This document shows, piece after piece, positions 1-13,054 of a stretch of 64,000 nt of DNA. Below the pieces are notes generated by a model, which was given only the letters and a program-made list of their open reading frames with translations, had not been told where the DNA came from and searched no databases. The stretch covers positions 204,407-268,406 of the forward strand of contig NIVC01000218.1 of assembly GCA_002269645.1 (NCBI GenBank). Direction: 5' to 3'. The DNA comes from Macrostomum lignano. Its lineage: Eukaryota. Each line of letters opens with the position of its first letter. The first letter of the stretch is position 1. Made by a program: the position numbers and the translations under genes.

Positions 1-3000
1 GTCAGTAGCCCGGCTGAGCAGCCACTCGGCAGAATTGGAGCGTCAGAAACTTCAACTAGCCGACGCCTGCGTTCGTTGGAGCGATCAGCACGCCGAGACT
101 CAGGCAGCTCTGGACACCGCCGAGTCAAGGATCCAGCAGCTCAGCGCGGAGAGAGATCAGCTTAAGTCGCGTCTGGATGACTTGACCGACGCTTGGGATG
201 AGGTTGGGGTTGCGGCCTTTGCTTTTGCTGGTTCGGTTGGAAACGGGGGGTTAGACAGTTATCCTGCGTAACCTGTTAGACACACTGTGATATCTTAGAC
301 ACACCTGTGATATGTTAGACACACCTGAAACCTGTTAGACGCACCTGTGATATGTTAGACACACCTGTGATATCTTAGACACACCTGTGATATGTTAGAC
401 ACACCTGTGATATGTTAGACACACCTGTGATATGTTAGACACACCTGTGATATCTTAGACACACCTGTGATATCTTAGACACACCTGTGATATGTTAGAC
501 ACACGTGTGATATGTTAGACACACCTGTGATATGTTAGACACACCTGTGATATGTTAGACACACCTGTGATATCTTAGACACACCTGTGATATGTTAGAC
601 ACACCTGTGATATGTTAGACACACGTGTGATATGTTAGACACACCTGTGATATCTTAGACACACCTGTGATATGTTAGACACACCTGTGATATGTTAGAC
701 ACACCTGTGATATGTTAGACACACCTGTGATATGTTAGACACACCTGTGATATGTTAGACACACCTGTGATATCTTAGACACACCTGAAACCTGTTAGAC
801 ACACCTGAAACCTGTTAGACACACCTGTAACCTGTTAGACACACCTGTAACCTGTTAGACGCACCTGTAGTTATCTGTTAGACACACCTGCAACCTGTTA
901 GACGCACCTGTAGTTATCTGTTAGACACACCTCTTAGACACAGCCCCGATAAAAATCAAATCGATCGAAATTTCTTATCAACTTTATTCTTCTTTTGTAA
1001 ATAAATCACGGAAAATGTCGTTATTTCTACTTTTTATCACAAATCAGTAGTATAAAAAGCTAATTAGAATTCAACAACTGAAAATCCAACAAAACTTGCC
1101 AGGTTCGCGGCGAAGTGGAAACCGGCTACGGGGCCCGGGCCAGGCTGCAGTCCGAGCTGCGCGAGTCGCAGGCGGAGGCGGCCACCTGGCGAGCCAGCTG
1201 CCTGCAGCTGGAGGAGGAGCGCCGCGGCCTGGAGCATCGGCGAGAAACCTTGGAAATTGAGCGAACTCGGCTGCAGACTGAACTGGCCGAAATGCGCTCG
1301 GAGCTGCAGAATCGAGAGACTGCGACTTCTAGGCTGGCCTGGGAGAAGGAGCAGGTACAGAAGGAAATTTACTGTCGGCTTTTTATAACAAACACAATAA
1401 ATTTTATTCTCCGACATTGCTTATAATTTAGCTAGATACATGTATAGCAAGTTTAGAACTTTTAATATTTTCAAGATTTAGCACTTTCTTAGAAATAAAA
1501 AGTCTTGTATAAAATTTGCTTTCTTAGAAAATTTCTTCTAATAGCTTTTCTAAGAAATAAAGCATACGCTTCTAAGGAACTTCAAGAAAATCTGGTTCAG
1601 TCATTTATTACTTTTCATTTTAACTTGCACTTATCATTTTTTAAAATTGCATTTTTTGTTTTAACCTTTGAGCAAAGCAAAAGTGAGTTGTATTGGGGTC
1701 TCCCTAAAACACGCCCCGCACCGCCCAGCAGCGCTACACATTAAAACAAATTGGACTATAACTGAAGACACTAAAAAATGCGTTTTCTGTTAAGCTTCAA
1801 AGTTTTTAATAAATTTAGTTTCTTTAATTTGAAATATAAAATTCGGTGAATAATAAGTGATATTAATAATAATATTAATAAAATAATAATAAAATAATAT
1901 TAATAATAAGATAATTTAATAATGAAAACGAGAATATAAAAAATTATAATAATATTTATAATAATAATTAAAGATATTTATTCCATTACTCTTACAACAA
2001 ATATTTTTCCTTGCAATCAAATACTGCATTAACAAAAATGTTGTAATGTGTAGCGGTTCGGGGCGGTGCGGGGCGTGTTTTAGGGAGACCCGTTGTATTG
2101 ACTTGGACTTTTTTACAATCGTAATTTTTAGCTCACATTTTTATTAGAAACGATTCCCACTTTCTGAGAAATCACCCATCATTTTGAAATTCTTTCTGTC
2201 ACATCAAAAAATCCGGAAAAAAATTAACTACTTGAAAACGGCAAAAAAATCAAACTGCTTCCCAGACCGAGCAACAACGCACCGAGCTTCTTACTGAAGT
2301 TGATCGCCTCCGATCTCAGCTATCCGCTGCCGACGCTGCTTCTCGTTGTCATGGCAACAACTGCGCCGCGGCCGTCTCAGTGCAGCAGCAGCAGCAGCAA
2401 CTGGAGGCTGTGCAGCGGTCGTTTTCTGAATTGTCAGAAAAATGGGAGCGAACTTTAGAAGAGAATTCGGTGCTACAGGGCACAGCGATTGAGTTAAGGA
2501 CTAAACTCAATAGCCGAGCAATGTGAGTTGATATTTATTGATTCATAAAACTACAATTTGCTTTCAAAGCCTATGCGCAAAATTTCCACTATTTGAAGCG
2601 AGTGAAAAGGTGAGTTGCAAATTTAATAATTTCCTAACTATACTACTTATTTCAGTTTAAGTAGGCAAGTAACGAGTTAAAGCAACTTTTTATTCAGATC
2701 AAATACAGATTATAAAGTAGCTTTAGATACGTTGACTGACTACAAAGCCTATCGACTTTGATTGTCAGTAGTAGGTTGTGTTTTCTTTGAATTTTTTTAT
2801 CAAAACAAAGAGAAAACTATTGTTTATCTTCTTCTTTTCAACGCACGCAGCCGACTGGACCAGTGCATGGCTGAGAATGCCCGTCTTCGGGACCTGCTGC
2901 GCAAAGGCCAGCAGAGCAGCTCTCGCATGGCCATCGAGTTCGGTTCCAACACCAGCGGATTCAGTGAAACAACAGTCTCCGAAACGTGAGCAATATGCTA

Positions 3001-6000
3001 CTGAAGCAGCTTTTTCTTAGAGCACAATTCGTAGGAAGCTTTCTTAGAAATCTGTTTTTCCTAGAAACCTAACCATGAAAAAGTGATTTTCTTAGAAACT
3101 TAACCATAAAAAAGTGATTTTCCTAGAAACTTAACCATGAAAAAGTGATTTTCTTAGAAACTTAACCAAGAAAAAGTGATTTTCTTAGAAACTAACCATT
3201 AAAAAGTTATTTTCTTAGTAGCTTAACCATGAAAAAGTGATTTTCCTAGAAACTTAACCATGAAAATGTGATTTTCTTAGAAATTTGACTATGAAAAAGT
3301 GATTTTCTTAGAAACTTACCCATAAAAAAGTGATTTTCTTAGTAACTTAACCATGAAAAAGTGATTTTCCTAGAAATTTAACCATGAAAATGTTTTTTCT
3401 TAGAAACTTGACTATAAAAAAAGTGATTTTCTTAGAAACTCAACTATGAAAACGTTATTTTCTTAGAAACCATGCAATCACGTGTATTTTATGCATAGAA
3501 ACCCTTTCTGGACACTTTAGTATAAAAATGCATGAAGGTTTTATAGATAGACATGCTAGTAAAAAGGTTCCCATTGAACTAGCTTACTAAGGTACCCTCA
3601 CATTAATTGTTCTTTGCAGCATCCTTGAAGAGAAGAACCGCCACATTCAGAGGCTTCTGGCTCAGATCAGCCGGTTGACAAGTGTGCTGAAATCTACCAG
3701 TTCGCTTGGCGGCTCAGCCTCCGAGCTGCATCAGCAGAGCCTGTCCGACAGTCGGCCAGCCACTCCGTCTCCAAAGTTTGCAGCTTCATCGGAGGCTGTG
3801 TCGGCAGCGGCGGCTGTCACCTCGTCAGCGTCTAGCGTTGTTGGCTGGCGAGGCAGTCAGGCAGAGCATTTGAGAACTCGTGTTTTGCAGGTGAGCACCT
3901 TTCTGGATCAATATGTCAGCGTTTTCTCAAGTTCAATTTTTTAAGTTTGTGAGTCTTGGTGCTTTGTGAGGCTTGGCGCTTTGTGAGGCTGGGCGCTTTG
4001 TGAGGCTTGGCGCTTTGTGAGGCTTGGTGCTTTGTGAGGCTTGGTGCTTTGTGAGGCTTGGCGCTTTGTGAGGCTTGGTGTTTTGTGAGGCTTGGTGTTT
4101 TATCAGGCTGGCGCTTGTGAGGCTTGGCGCTTTGTGAGGCTTGGTGCTTTGTGAGGCTTGGCGCTTTGTGAGGCTCTGTGAAAGTGATCCATTGGGTAGA
4201 ATGCTCTATTAATTATATCTACCCACACTACGAATATGTTAGTCCAAAGAAGGATCTGGAATACTAAAGTAATGTTCTAGTGGTCCTTGTATTAGACTTC
4301 TAGGAACTGCAAGTAAACTTTGCTGTCATTTGAAATGGTTTTAATGTAAGACTTTCTTAAATTACTATTCTCTTCGTTATATACACAGTTTTCACTGGTC
4401 AACTATGTACTTTGAAATTTCCTAATTCTGCATGCATACATTACTAATTAGATTAGAAAGCTACTAAAAGTAGTGTTATGGCTTATAATAGCTTTAATTA
4501 TACGACAATCCGCAGGCCCTAGTCGAGGCTCTTCAAGCCGAGCTCTCATTAAAGGAGGACCTGTCTCAGCTGATAGCCGGCCTGCCAGAAGACTGGCAGG
4601 CCACCCTGACCCGGCGAGTCACCGAACTCGCCGATCTGCGTCGTCGACTTGGCGACGTGCTGTCGGATATTGAGCTGGCGGCGAGGCGGCTGCGCGACCG
4701 AGGCGGCGAACTGGCCGCCCAGCTGCACCGTCTGGAGCGGGAGAATGCCGGCCTGCGGGATCGGCTGCGGACTGGCGGCGTCTCTGCCGGAATTTCCGCT
4801 CCGTTGACCCGTGAGTTTCTTAGAAACATCAACCGCTAAGAGAGTACGCGCACGATTTTTTTGAAATAGTAAAACAAATTTTGGATGCCGTGTAGCCCAG
4901 TGGTCTGGCGCGGCGCTCTGATGCCGATTCCAAGTGCAGTCACACAAATTTGGGGCTAAATTGGAATCTGTCAGGGGAGTGTCTGCGGCGCTAAAATGAG
5001 TGCCTGCGGCGCTAAAATGAGTGTCTGCGGCGCTAAAATGAGTGCCTGCGGCGCTAAAATGAGTGCCTGCGGCGCTAAAATGAGTGCCTGCGGCGCTAAA
5101 ATGAGTGCCTGCGGCGCTAAAATGAGTGCCTGCAGCGCTAAAATGAGTGCCTGCGGCGCTAAAATGAGTGCCAGCGGCGCTAAAATGAGTGCCTGCGGCG
5201 CTAAAATGAGTGCCTACGGCGCCAAAATGAGTGCCTGCGGCGCCAAAATGAGTGCCTGCGGTGCTAAAATGAGTGCCTGCGGTGCTAAAATGAGTGCCTG
5301 CGGCGCTAAAATGAGTGCCTGCGGCGCTAAAATGAGTGCCTGTGGCGCTAAAATGAGTGCCTGCGGCGCTAAAATGAGTGTCTGCGGTGCTAAAATGAGT
5401 GCCTGCGGCGCTAAAATGAGTGTCTGCGGCGCTAAAATGAGTGCCTGCGGCGCTAAAATGAATGCCTGCGGCGCTAAAATGAGTGCCTGCGGCGCTAAAA
5501 TGAGTGCCTGCGGCGCTAAAATGAGTGCCTACGGCGCCAAAATGAGTGCCTGCGGCGCCAAAATGAGTGCCTGCGGTGCTAAAATGAGTGCCTGCGGTGC
5601 TAAAATGAGTGCCTGCGGCGCTAAAATGAGTGCCTGCGGCGCTAAAATGAGTGCCTGCGGTGCTAAAATGAGTGCCTGCGGTGCTAAAATGAGTGCCTGC
5701 GGCGCTAAAATGAGTGCCTGCGGCGCTAAAATGAGTGCCTGTGGCGCCAAAATGAGTGCCTGCGGCGCTAAAATGAATGCCTGCGGCGCTAAAATGAATG
5801 CGTAAATGAGGGCCAAAATTTAGTCATGTACATGTTGAATTCTTGGCTTTGTCCCCCCTCAGATCCGTTTTCGCGATTTTAAAATTATTTTATGTAGAAA
5901 ATTTTAATTTCAGAAAAAATTTTCGTATAAAGGAAGACAACATCATTTTTCACTAAAAAACTAGTCTAATAAATTTGTCACGTGATTTGATAGTCTACTT

Positions 6001-8235
6001 ATAGTAGACTATTTAGTTGCAGAATGATAGAACAAAAAACTTAGTTAAAACACAGTCACCAGTTAGAATTTACTCTGTGTAAATGTACACCATTGTTGTG
6101 GTTTTGTCTCGCATAGAGACGCCTAACCGCAGTACCCCTGTGACACCTGTCTCTGCCTGGCCGAAAGCTTGTAATGAGTTAGTAGGCTGGGTTGGAGGGT
6201 AATAGTCGATCAGGAAGGGCTGTGGGTAGCTGTATAGGAATGCAGGCCTATACCTGTTCCAGTTGGTGCTCTGACGGTCCCCCTCGGAGTGCCCTCTGAG
6301 CGAACAGCCAGCGACCCTATTAAAGCTGGAGTGTGCCAGAACCAGGACTGAGTCTGAACAGGACGGGGCCGTTGGCACGGTCACAATAGAAATGGTGGGT
6401 TGGCGAAGCAAAGGGTGAAATAGTCCCGGCGATTAGCCCTCCTGCCGCTTCAAAGATAAGAGACTGTCTTGGCAAGAGTACCCGGGGTTTAGTTGGGGGG
6501 GGGGGAGGCTCCTTCGGGTTGCCACGGCCGTGGGGGCGGTCATATGACCGGTTTTTTGGCTCTACTAACCCTGGTGAAGGCACGGGCTTCCCTGATTGGT
6601 TCTCTCAACCCCCTCTGGCCCCGGGGAGGTTTTGATCTGAGCTTGGAGTAGGTTTAACGCCCCGAAGGCAGGGGTAGGGCCCGCCCTTTGCCCGACTGGT
6701 GTTGCCTGCTCAGCTTGTTGGCCACAGTCACTCTCACTCTAGCTTGGAAACCTTGTGTACCTGAGTACACTCCTAATCTGGAACCTTAATTATTACTAGT
6801 GGCGTAAGAGCCTGCTCAATGGCTCAGGCGCCGGATTACTTATTTAGTTTAGTTTTAGTTAGTACACCATTGTTGTAAAATATCTTTCGGAAACAATGCG
6901 TTTAATGTCAATACGCCTACTTAGAGTAGACACTTAGCAATCTAGACGAAAAAATTGCGAATTCTCTCCAATCAGGACGCCGCAGCGTAGGTCCCACCAC
7001 CGAGTCCACCGATCTGCTGCTGCACGCCGTCTGCCGGCTGGACGACTTCGAGCTGCTCAGAAAAGAGTCGCGCGAAAATCTTCGAGAAATACGCAGCGCC
7101 AAAAATCGAGTAGACGAACGCGCTACGCACTATAGAAGCCTGGGCGTGCTGGAGCGATCGCAGAGTGTGGATTACAGCTTGTTAAAGCATCTGGCCAGAG
7201 AGCTGGCGGGAATCCAGTTCTATGCTGAGGAGCGCGACAGGCTGCTCAATAAATTCTGGATTTGCGAGCTGCCGCCATGGGCTGTTCATAGTCGGCAGGT
7301 GCGAATTCATTAGCAAAATGTGTCCCCCTGAATCCAATCCGCAATTCCTAGAATCGAATCCCTAATTCCTAGAATCGAATCCCCAATTCCTAGAATCGAA
7401 TCACCAATTCCTAGAATCGAATCACCAATTCCTAGAATCGAATCCCCAATTCCTAGAATCGAATCCCCAATTCCTAGAATCGAATCCCCAATTCCTAGAA
7501 TCGAATCCCCAATTCCTAGAATCGAATCCCAAATCCTAGAATCGAATCGCCAATTCCTAGAATCGAATCCCCAATTCCAAGAATCGAATCCCCAATTCCT
7601 AGAATCGATTCGCCAATTTCTAGAATCGAATCCCCAATTCCTAGAATTGAATTCATCCCCAATTCCTAGAATCGAATTCCCAATTCCTAGAATCGAATCC
7701 CCAATTCCTAGAATCGAATTTATCCCCGATTCCTAGAATCGAAATTATCCCCGATTCCTAGAATCGAATCCCTTATTCCTAGAAACGAATCTTTAATTTC
7801 TAGAATGGAATCCACGATTCCTAGAATCGAATCCCGAATTCCTAGAATTGAAAGTAACCCTAGAAACGAATGTAGTCTTCTTAGAAATGAAATGGAATTC
7901 CTGGAAATTCAAAACTATCTTCCAAAATCGTAATTCGAATTCTCAGACGCAACTAATCGAAAGCCCCGATCTCCCATCCCATCCCGTTATCAAAGGCCCG
8001 CTATTATCACCAGTACCTGCACCAGGGCTCAGCCAAGCCCAACCTTGAAGCGGAGCGCTGGAAAGGTCGCTACGCGGCTCTCAAAGAAATGCTCGAACAG
8101 CGACTATCAAGCGACGAGGCCCGATCGGTGTTCAATGAGAATTTCTCCGGAGCCGAGACGCTGCTTTCGGTTGCCAGGCACAATCTCGAACGAGCCTCAT
8201 CTCCGGCTGAAAGCGCGTACACCGTGCACTTTTGA
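1..8235 (+). CDS. 3' part of a multi-exon coiled-coil protein gene (5'-partial); exons <1-202, 1103-1354, 2266-2522, 2851-2985, 3620-3890, 4516-4810, 6976-7298, 7996-8235
   Basis: GC-rich exons with GT-AG boundaries; all seven intron phases are compatible (0,0,2,2,0,1,0). Joined translation is open and heptad-rich (LERQKLQLADA..., LQSELRESQAEA..., ERWKGRYAALKEMLEQRL) and ends at TGA 8233-8235. Family not recognised. Confidence 0.8.
275..940. repeat. 20-bp minisatellite (GACACACCTGTGATATGTTA)n, intronic
   Basis: About 30 contiguous tandem copies with variants and no spacers. Confidence 0.95.
1696..2091. mobile_element. Mutator-like MITE, copy 1 (396 bp)
   Basis: TIR GGGTCTCCCTAAAACACGCCCCGCACCGCCC / GGGCGGTGCGGGGCGTGTTTTAGGGAGACCC; perfect 9-bp TSD GTTGTATTG at 1687-1695 and 2092-2100; AT-rich interior; second copy at 17015-17383. 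Confidence 0.9.
3058..3470. repeat. About 32-bp minisatellite (CTTAGAAACTTAACCATGAAAAAGTGATTTT)n
   Basis: About 13 tandem copies in an intron. Confidence 0.9.
3955..4178. repeat. 17-bp minisatellite (GTGAGGCTTGGCGCTTT)n
   Basis: Tandem copies directly after the exon ending at 3890. Confidence 0.9.
4883..4969 (+). mobile_element. Truncated tRNA-derived SINE head (same family as 44751-45111)
   Basis: TAGCCCAGTGG A-box; shares GATTCCAAGTGCAGTCAC..ATTTGGGGCT.AATTGGAATCT with the copy at 44751; internal deletion. Confidence 0.7.
4980..5803. repeat. 21-bp minisatellite (GCCTGCGGCGCTAAAATGAGT)n, intronic
   Basis: About 39 tandem copies; source of the spurious MSACGAK ORF. Confidence 0.95.
6100..6861 (+). 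mobile_element. Non-coding non-LTR retroposon (762 bp) with 15-bp TSD
   Basis: TSD GTACACCATTGTTGT at 6085-6099 and 6862-6876; 3' stem-loop GCCTG..CAGGC followed by a (TTAG/TTTAG)n tail; GC-rich body in an AT-rich intron; no TE ORF. Confidence 0.8.
7345..7850. repeat. 21-bp minisatellite (CCTAGAATCGAATCCCCAATT)n, intronic
   Basis: About 24 tandem copies. Confidence 0.95.
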
Positions 8236-8429
8236 ACCCTGGCGAATCCTATAGAAAAAGTCAATTAGTTGGCCACTACTTCAAGTGAACTGATATTTTC
8301 TGCTTTCTCTGTCACGCGCGCGGCTTCTCTGCACTACACCAGTGACTGCGCGTACGCGAAGGTATGGCAGGCCTCGCCCCGATTGAAAACCCACGATTTG
8401 GTAGCCTATAAAGCGCCACTAAGACGGCC

Positions 8430-9150
8430 TGTCATCGCCCCCTATGGCGCCCCCTCAGCGCCCTCTTTGGCGCACCCCACAGCACCCCTATGGCGCCCCC
8501 TCAGCGCCCTCTTTGGCGCACCCCACAGCACCCCTATGGCGCCCCCTCAGCGCCCTCTTTGGCGCACCCCACAGCACCCCTATGGCACCCCCTCAGCGCC
8601 CTCCATGGCTCACCCCAGCACCCCTATGGCGCCCCCTCAGTGCCCTTTATGGCGCCCCCCACAGCACCCCTAAAGCACCTCTTCAGCACCCTCTATGGCG
8701 CCCCCCACAGCACCCCTATGGCGCCCCCCACAGCACCGTATGGCACCCCCCACAGCACCCCTGTGGCACCCCCACAGCGCCCTCTATGGCGCACCCCACA
8801 GCACCCCTATAGCACCTCTTCAGCACCCTCTATGGCGCCCCCCACAGCACCGTATGGCACCCCCCACAGCACCCCTATGGCACCCCCCACAGCACCCCTA
8901 TGGCACCCCCCACAGCACCCCTATGGCACCCCCACAGCACCCCTATGGCACCCCCCACAGCACCCCTATGGCACCCCCACAGCACCCCTATGGTACCCCC
9001 ACAGCACCCCTATGGCACCCTCACAGCACCCCCTATGGCACCCCCACAGCACCCCTATGGCACCCCCACAGCACCCTCTATGGCGCACCCCACAACGCCC
9101 CTATAGAACCTCTTCAGCACCCCTATGGCGCCACACCTTCAGCGCCCCTA
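8430..9150. repeat. C-rich minisatellite (GCACCCCCACAGCACCCCTATG-like units)
   Basis: Degenerate tandem array downstream of the stop codon; source of spurious Pro-rich ORFs. Confidence 0.9.
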
Positions 9151-12100
9151 TGACAAATGCGAGCGTTATCACGGATTCACTTTTGCCTATTTTGCGTATT
9201 TATTGCATCTACGAGTACTTATAGTTTCAATTTCCATTCTTCGTATTCACAGAAGAAAAAAGTTTAAATTGCCGTGTTGTTGTTTCTATCAGCCAAAATT
9301 TCATAGAAAAATATACAGGTAGCTGATTACTGGGCTTTACTGGAGACACTTATCACAGATTAACTAAACGGTCACAAATTTTTGTTTTATTAATTTATAT
9401 ACGAGTACAGTATAGGAATTATAGCTATAAGATCTAACATTTTCATGTGTATTTGCACTAATTTGTACTGTTTGTTACTATAGTACGAAATATACGAGTA
9501 TGTACATGTATAGTAAATGCATTTTATGTTGGCTGCTTGTTCTTCGCACATGCATGTACTAGTAGGCTTTTATTTGCCTTTCACACGCGTTTGTCGAATG
9601 TCGATGTGAAATAAAATTCAAACAGGCAGTTTACGTGGATCACAACTGTTTTTGGGAGTTATTAAAAATATCTTTTTCTGAATCTGCCACCCTTCGAAGC
9701 AATCATTGAAATGAGAGTAGAATGATCGAGAAGTACACACATGTACATTTACATACATGTACTTTACTTGGTATGTACATGTAGAGCTCAAAGTAAAGAG
9801 GTACAGTAAAGGTGCAGCTAGGTAGGATCGATGACTATAGATAAGAAGCACACATGTTGCAATTATGTCTCGGATCTATCCATTTCAAATACTGCTACAA
9901 AAGAAGACTTTCGGTGTAGCTGTAGTAGTAGCCATACACTTGTGCATGTATGTATTATTTGAGCCAGTGAAGTACTTTTTTATTATATTTATAAATTTTT
10001 ATATGCAGGGTTAAGCGCGTCATCTAAATGTACATGTAAAATTTAATTTGGTAGTTATCTGAAGGCGCCTGCTTCCTAGTGCTTGCGTGACAATGATGAT
10101 TTTACTTCTGGTGTTTTATATTTTGCAATGTACATGTACAATCCAAATTATGCTTGAACCTCACATTTATATGCTTATAATAGTGCAGTGTTAGAATTGT
10201 ATACGCATTTTTAACTGCATGGTCGCTAGTAAATAAACTTATATTAATCGATATCACAAAGCCTATACATGTACAATTAGTTTAAAGCTCAACACGACGC
10301 AAAATTAAATAACTCTCTCTCGGCATCGCTCTCTAACAGTATCTGTCTCCCAGAAGCGCCCCGGCCCCTGGCCTGGTCTCTAAGTTTGGGCGCCATCGTC
10401 TCCCTCTCTCAGTAGGTATTTCCACGCGATGCCTTGTAGTTGGCTGAAACTGCATACAAGGAAGGTACAGTACGTGGATACATGGCCATTTTACTGTTAT
10501 TCATATCGAGCTTTCGTGGTGAATTTTTCCCTTTCGTTTGGGCGGGCGCAATTTACGGAAAATTGCATGGTATTGTACATCGGGCTTGCAGGAAACTATA
10601 TTAGGCAATAATGGGGCGCAATTTATGGGATGCATTGTTTTGACGGATGAGGGTTATCCTGCTTGAAAAAGGTAAAAGAAATATTGTACGTCGGCTCCAA
10701 TGTAGCCATTGTGAGAGCTTCTCACGGGCCGGGCCGTATAAATTAGTTATGTAAATTCAAAATAAATAATGGCAAAAAATTAGTTATACAAGACTATCAA
10801 AAATATCATGCTACATATAATTTTACCCTATTAATTTTGTACCGCATGGCTTTCCTAGTCTTCTTGGCAAAATTGCTTGTAACATTTGTTCAAATTCGTA
10901 AAGTTAAATTGCATTGACAAAAAATTTACGCATTTTTAAAAGATGTTCTCCCTCAAGCCCGCTCCATAAACTGGCACTGAGAGGCAGGAGAGCGTGATCA
11001 CTAGGCCTAACCTTAGTACAGCCTACTTCGTCTACTTAAACAACTGTGTATCTGTGGAAAAAAGTTTTTCTGCCTTGTTTGGCTTCGCTTCCCTTTTAAT
11101 TGTAACTCCCCACCACCTAGCCCTATGATCTATGTCTAAATCTGTTTTTTTATTTTAGTCTAGCCTAGCCTAGCTTGCCTTAGGCCTACTTTGTCTATGC
11201 TCGGCCTGCCATAGCTAATTTCCTAGACCTGCCTGGCCCTTAGCAAAGAAGAGCAATGCTTTGTCTTTAGTATAGGGCCTACTTCTAACAGAGGCATGGA
11301 GTTCCCATGGACACTGCTAGGGCTAGTATACCGCAAGCCGGCACTAGCCCTAATCTATATCAGATCAGATTGAAATGTTAAATGTAAGTATCCTAGGCTA
11401 GGCAGCCTAGCAAACATCCTTTGACTACGGGCCTATGACTACATGTATTAAGAGTTATAGGGCAAATGGTTTAAGCTGCAGTAAAGTTAAAGTAGGCCTA
11501 AGTGAGCTGGCTAGGCCTAGTTCTTGTTGTAGTATTAGGCGAGGCCTAACTCTAAACTAGGGCTAGGCCTAGTTTCAATTTTAAATGTACTAGGGGCCTA
11601 CTAGGGTTAGGTACATGACTAAGACTGCCACAGCTATTACTGGCTACTGGTATTGAGAAGAGCTACCAATCTTCTAGGCGCTAGCATTGCTATTCCTCTC
11701 CTAGACCTAGGTTCCTCTTTTGCAGCCTTGTCTTACTGGCTCTCCTACCTACTCATTAACTCATCTCTTTAGCACTATCCAATAATATATTGAGCCAAAT
11801 TCCTCCCTTAGCTCCTCAAGTGTGGCCATCTTGGTATGTGGTAGTCTTGGTCTTATAAGTTATACCATGTTATAAGGGCCTATCTTAGTACTAGAAATAG
11901 CCTAGTAACCTACCTAGGCAAACTGGACTTAGTATTTAGGCCTAATATATAATCTTGTGATTTTTTACTACTTTAGCCTAACTTTCAATTATATGTAGCT
12001 TTTTAAAATTATATTTATCCCTATTGGAATAGAATTAGCAAAGCCTGTAAACGCTGCATTGAGCATTACGAAAGATAGGCTCTACTTCAAGTTCAAAGGG

Positions 12101-12169
12101 TGAAAGTAGTTGTTATTTGTCTAGTGACTAGACAAATAACCTTTTGCTATTTCGGTTTTTTGTTAAAGA

Positions 12170-12365
12170 CAAGATGCAAAATCGCACCTTAGGCTTTACT
12201 CATTTTCATTATGCAATTTTAGGGCTCAAAGTGCAATTTCTCTTTTTCTTATTTTAAAGCAGTGCAAATAAGGTTTTAATAGAAAAATAATAGGTTGAGA
12301 CCACAGTTACGTTTCAATTTCAGGGTGCAATTTTTTGATTTAAGGTGCATACATTCTATGCACAA
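12170..12365 (-). mobile_element. Degenerate uninterrupted relative of the hAT-like element at 16709-19574
   Basis: Reverse complement aligns by eye to about 16730-16875 joined directly to about 19480-19550 (GCACTGC.TTAAAATA...AGAGAAATTGCACT.TGAGCC.TAAAAT). Confidence 0.6.
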
Positions 12366-12571
12366 AAATAAACCTAGTTGCTATTTGTCTAGTTAAATTG
12401 CTAACATGAATATCTATTTGTTTAGTGATAAATATTCTTAATTTTTAAGACCTTTTCTAGTATCCTGATTAATATTTTGTTATACTAGTGCAAGCAAAGC
12501 AGATATATGTAATGCATATGCAATTTGGCATAATTTGGTATACAAATAAAAGTCTTTAAAATCGTGGAATA

Positions 12572-12750
12572 TTCACCCTTGGAGTTTCTGTAAAATAGAA
12601 TATCAATTTAACTAGACAAATAACAAAATGTCTATTTGTCTAGTATTAACTGGATGAATAAAAAAAAGATGGCTGTTATCCAGTAACCAGACAAATAACC
12701 ACATTGCTATTTGTCTGGTCACCAAACAAATAACAATTGCCAAGGGTGAA
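12572..12750. mobile_element. Short MITE-like element with TTCACCCTTGG...CCAAGGGTGAA termini and internal palindromes
   Basis: 11-bp terminal inverted repeat; repeated AGACAAATAAC / CTATTTGTCT motifs, also present at about 12095-12145 and 12370-12400; no clean TSD. Confidence 0.5.
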
Positions 12751-13054
12751 AACCTACAGATGTGTGCTTGAAAATAGTGTCAATTTATTATATAATATAT
12801 TGCACTTTACACCTTTAGCATTATTAAAAGATGTTCCAAAAGAGCATTTTTTGTCATAAATCAAAATTTGCTAATTTTTAAAAACTTATAATTTTGACTT
12901 TTTATTGCATATAATTTAAAAAATCTCATTCTTGTTACTTGTATTAGTCTTTATTGCAAACTAAAATTGACTAAATTTTGACTAAAAAGCTTAAGGAAAC
13001 TTATTTTAGGCAAATTTGTAGCTACTTAAGGTACCAATGTAAGATAAGATGCAA

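Noticed and set aside
4996-5805. 269-aa MSACGAK repeat ORF
   Set aside because: Translation of a 21-bp intronic minisatellite; it lies inside a phase-consistent intron.
6100-6400. Self-cleaving ribozyme at the 5' end of the retroposon
   Set aside because: Could not fit hammerhead, HDV-like or twister core motifs by eye.
8269-9224. Pro/His-rich ORFs in several frames
   Set aside because: C-rich minisatellite open in all frames.
10085-10170. ATGATGA at 10093 as a C/D snoRNA
   Set aside because: No box D at a suitable distance, no rRNA-antisense element and no flanking splice sites.
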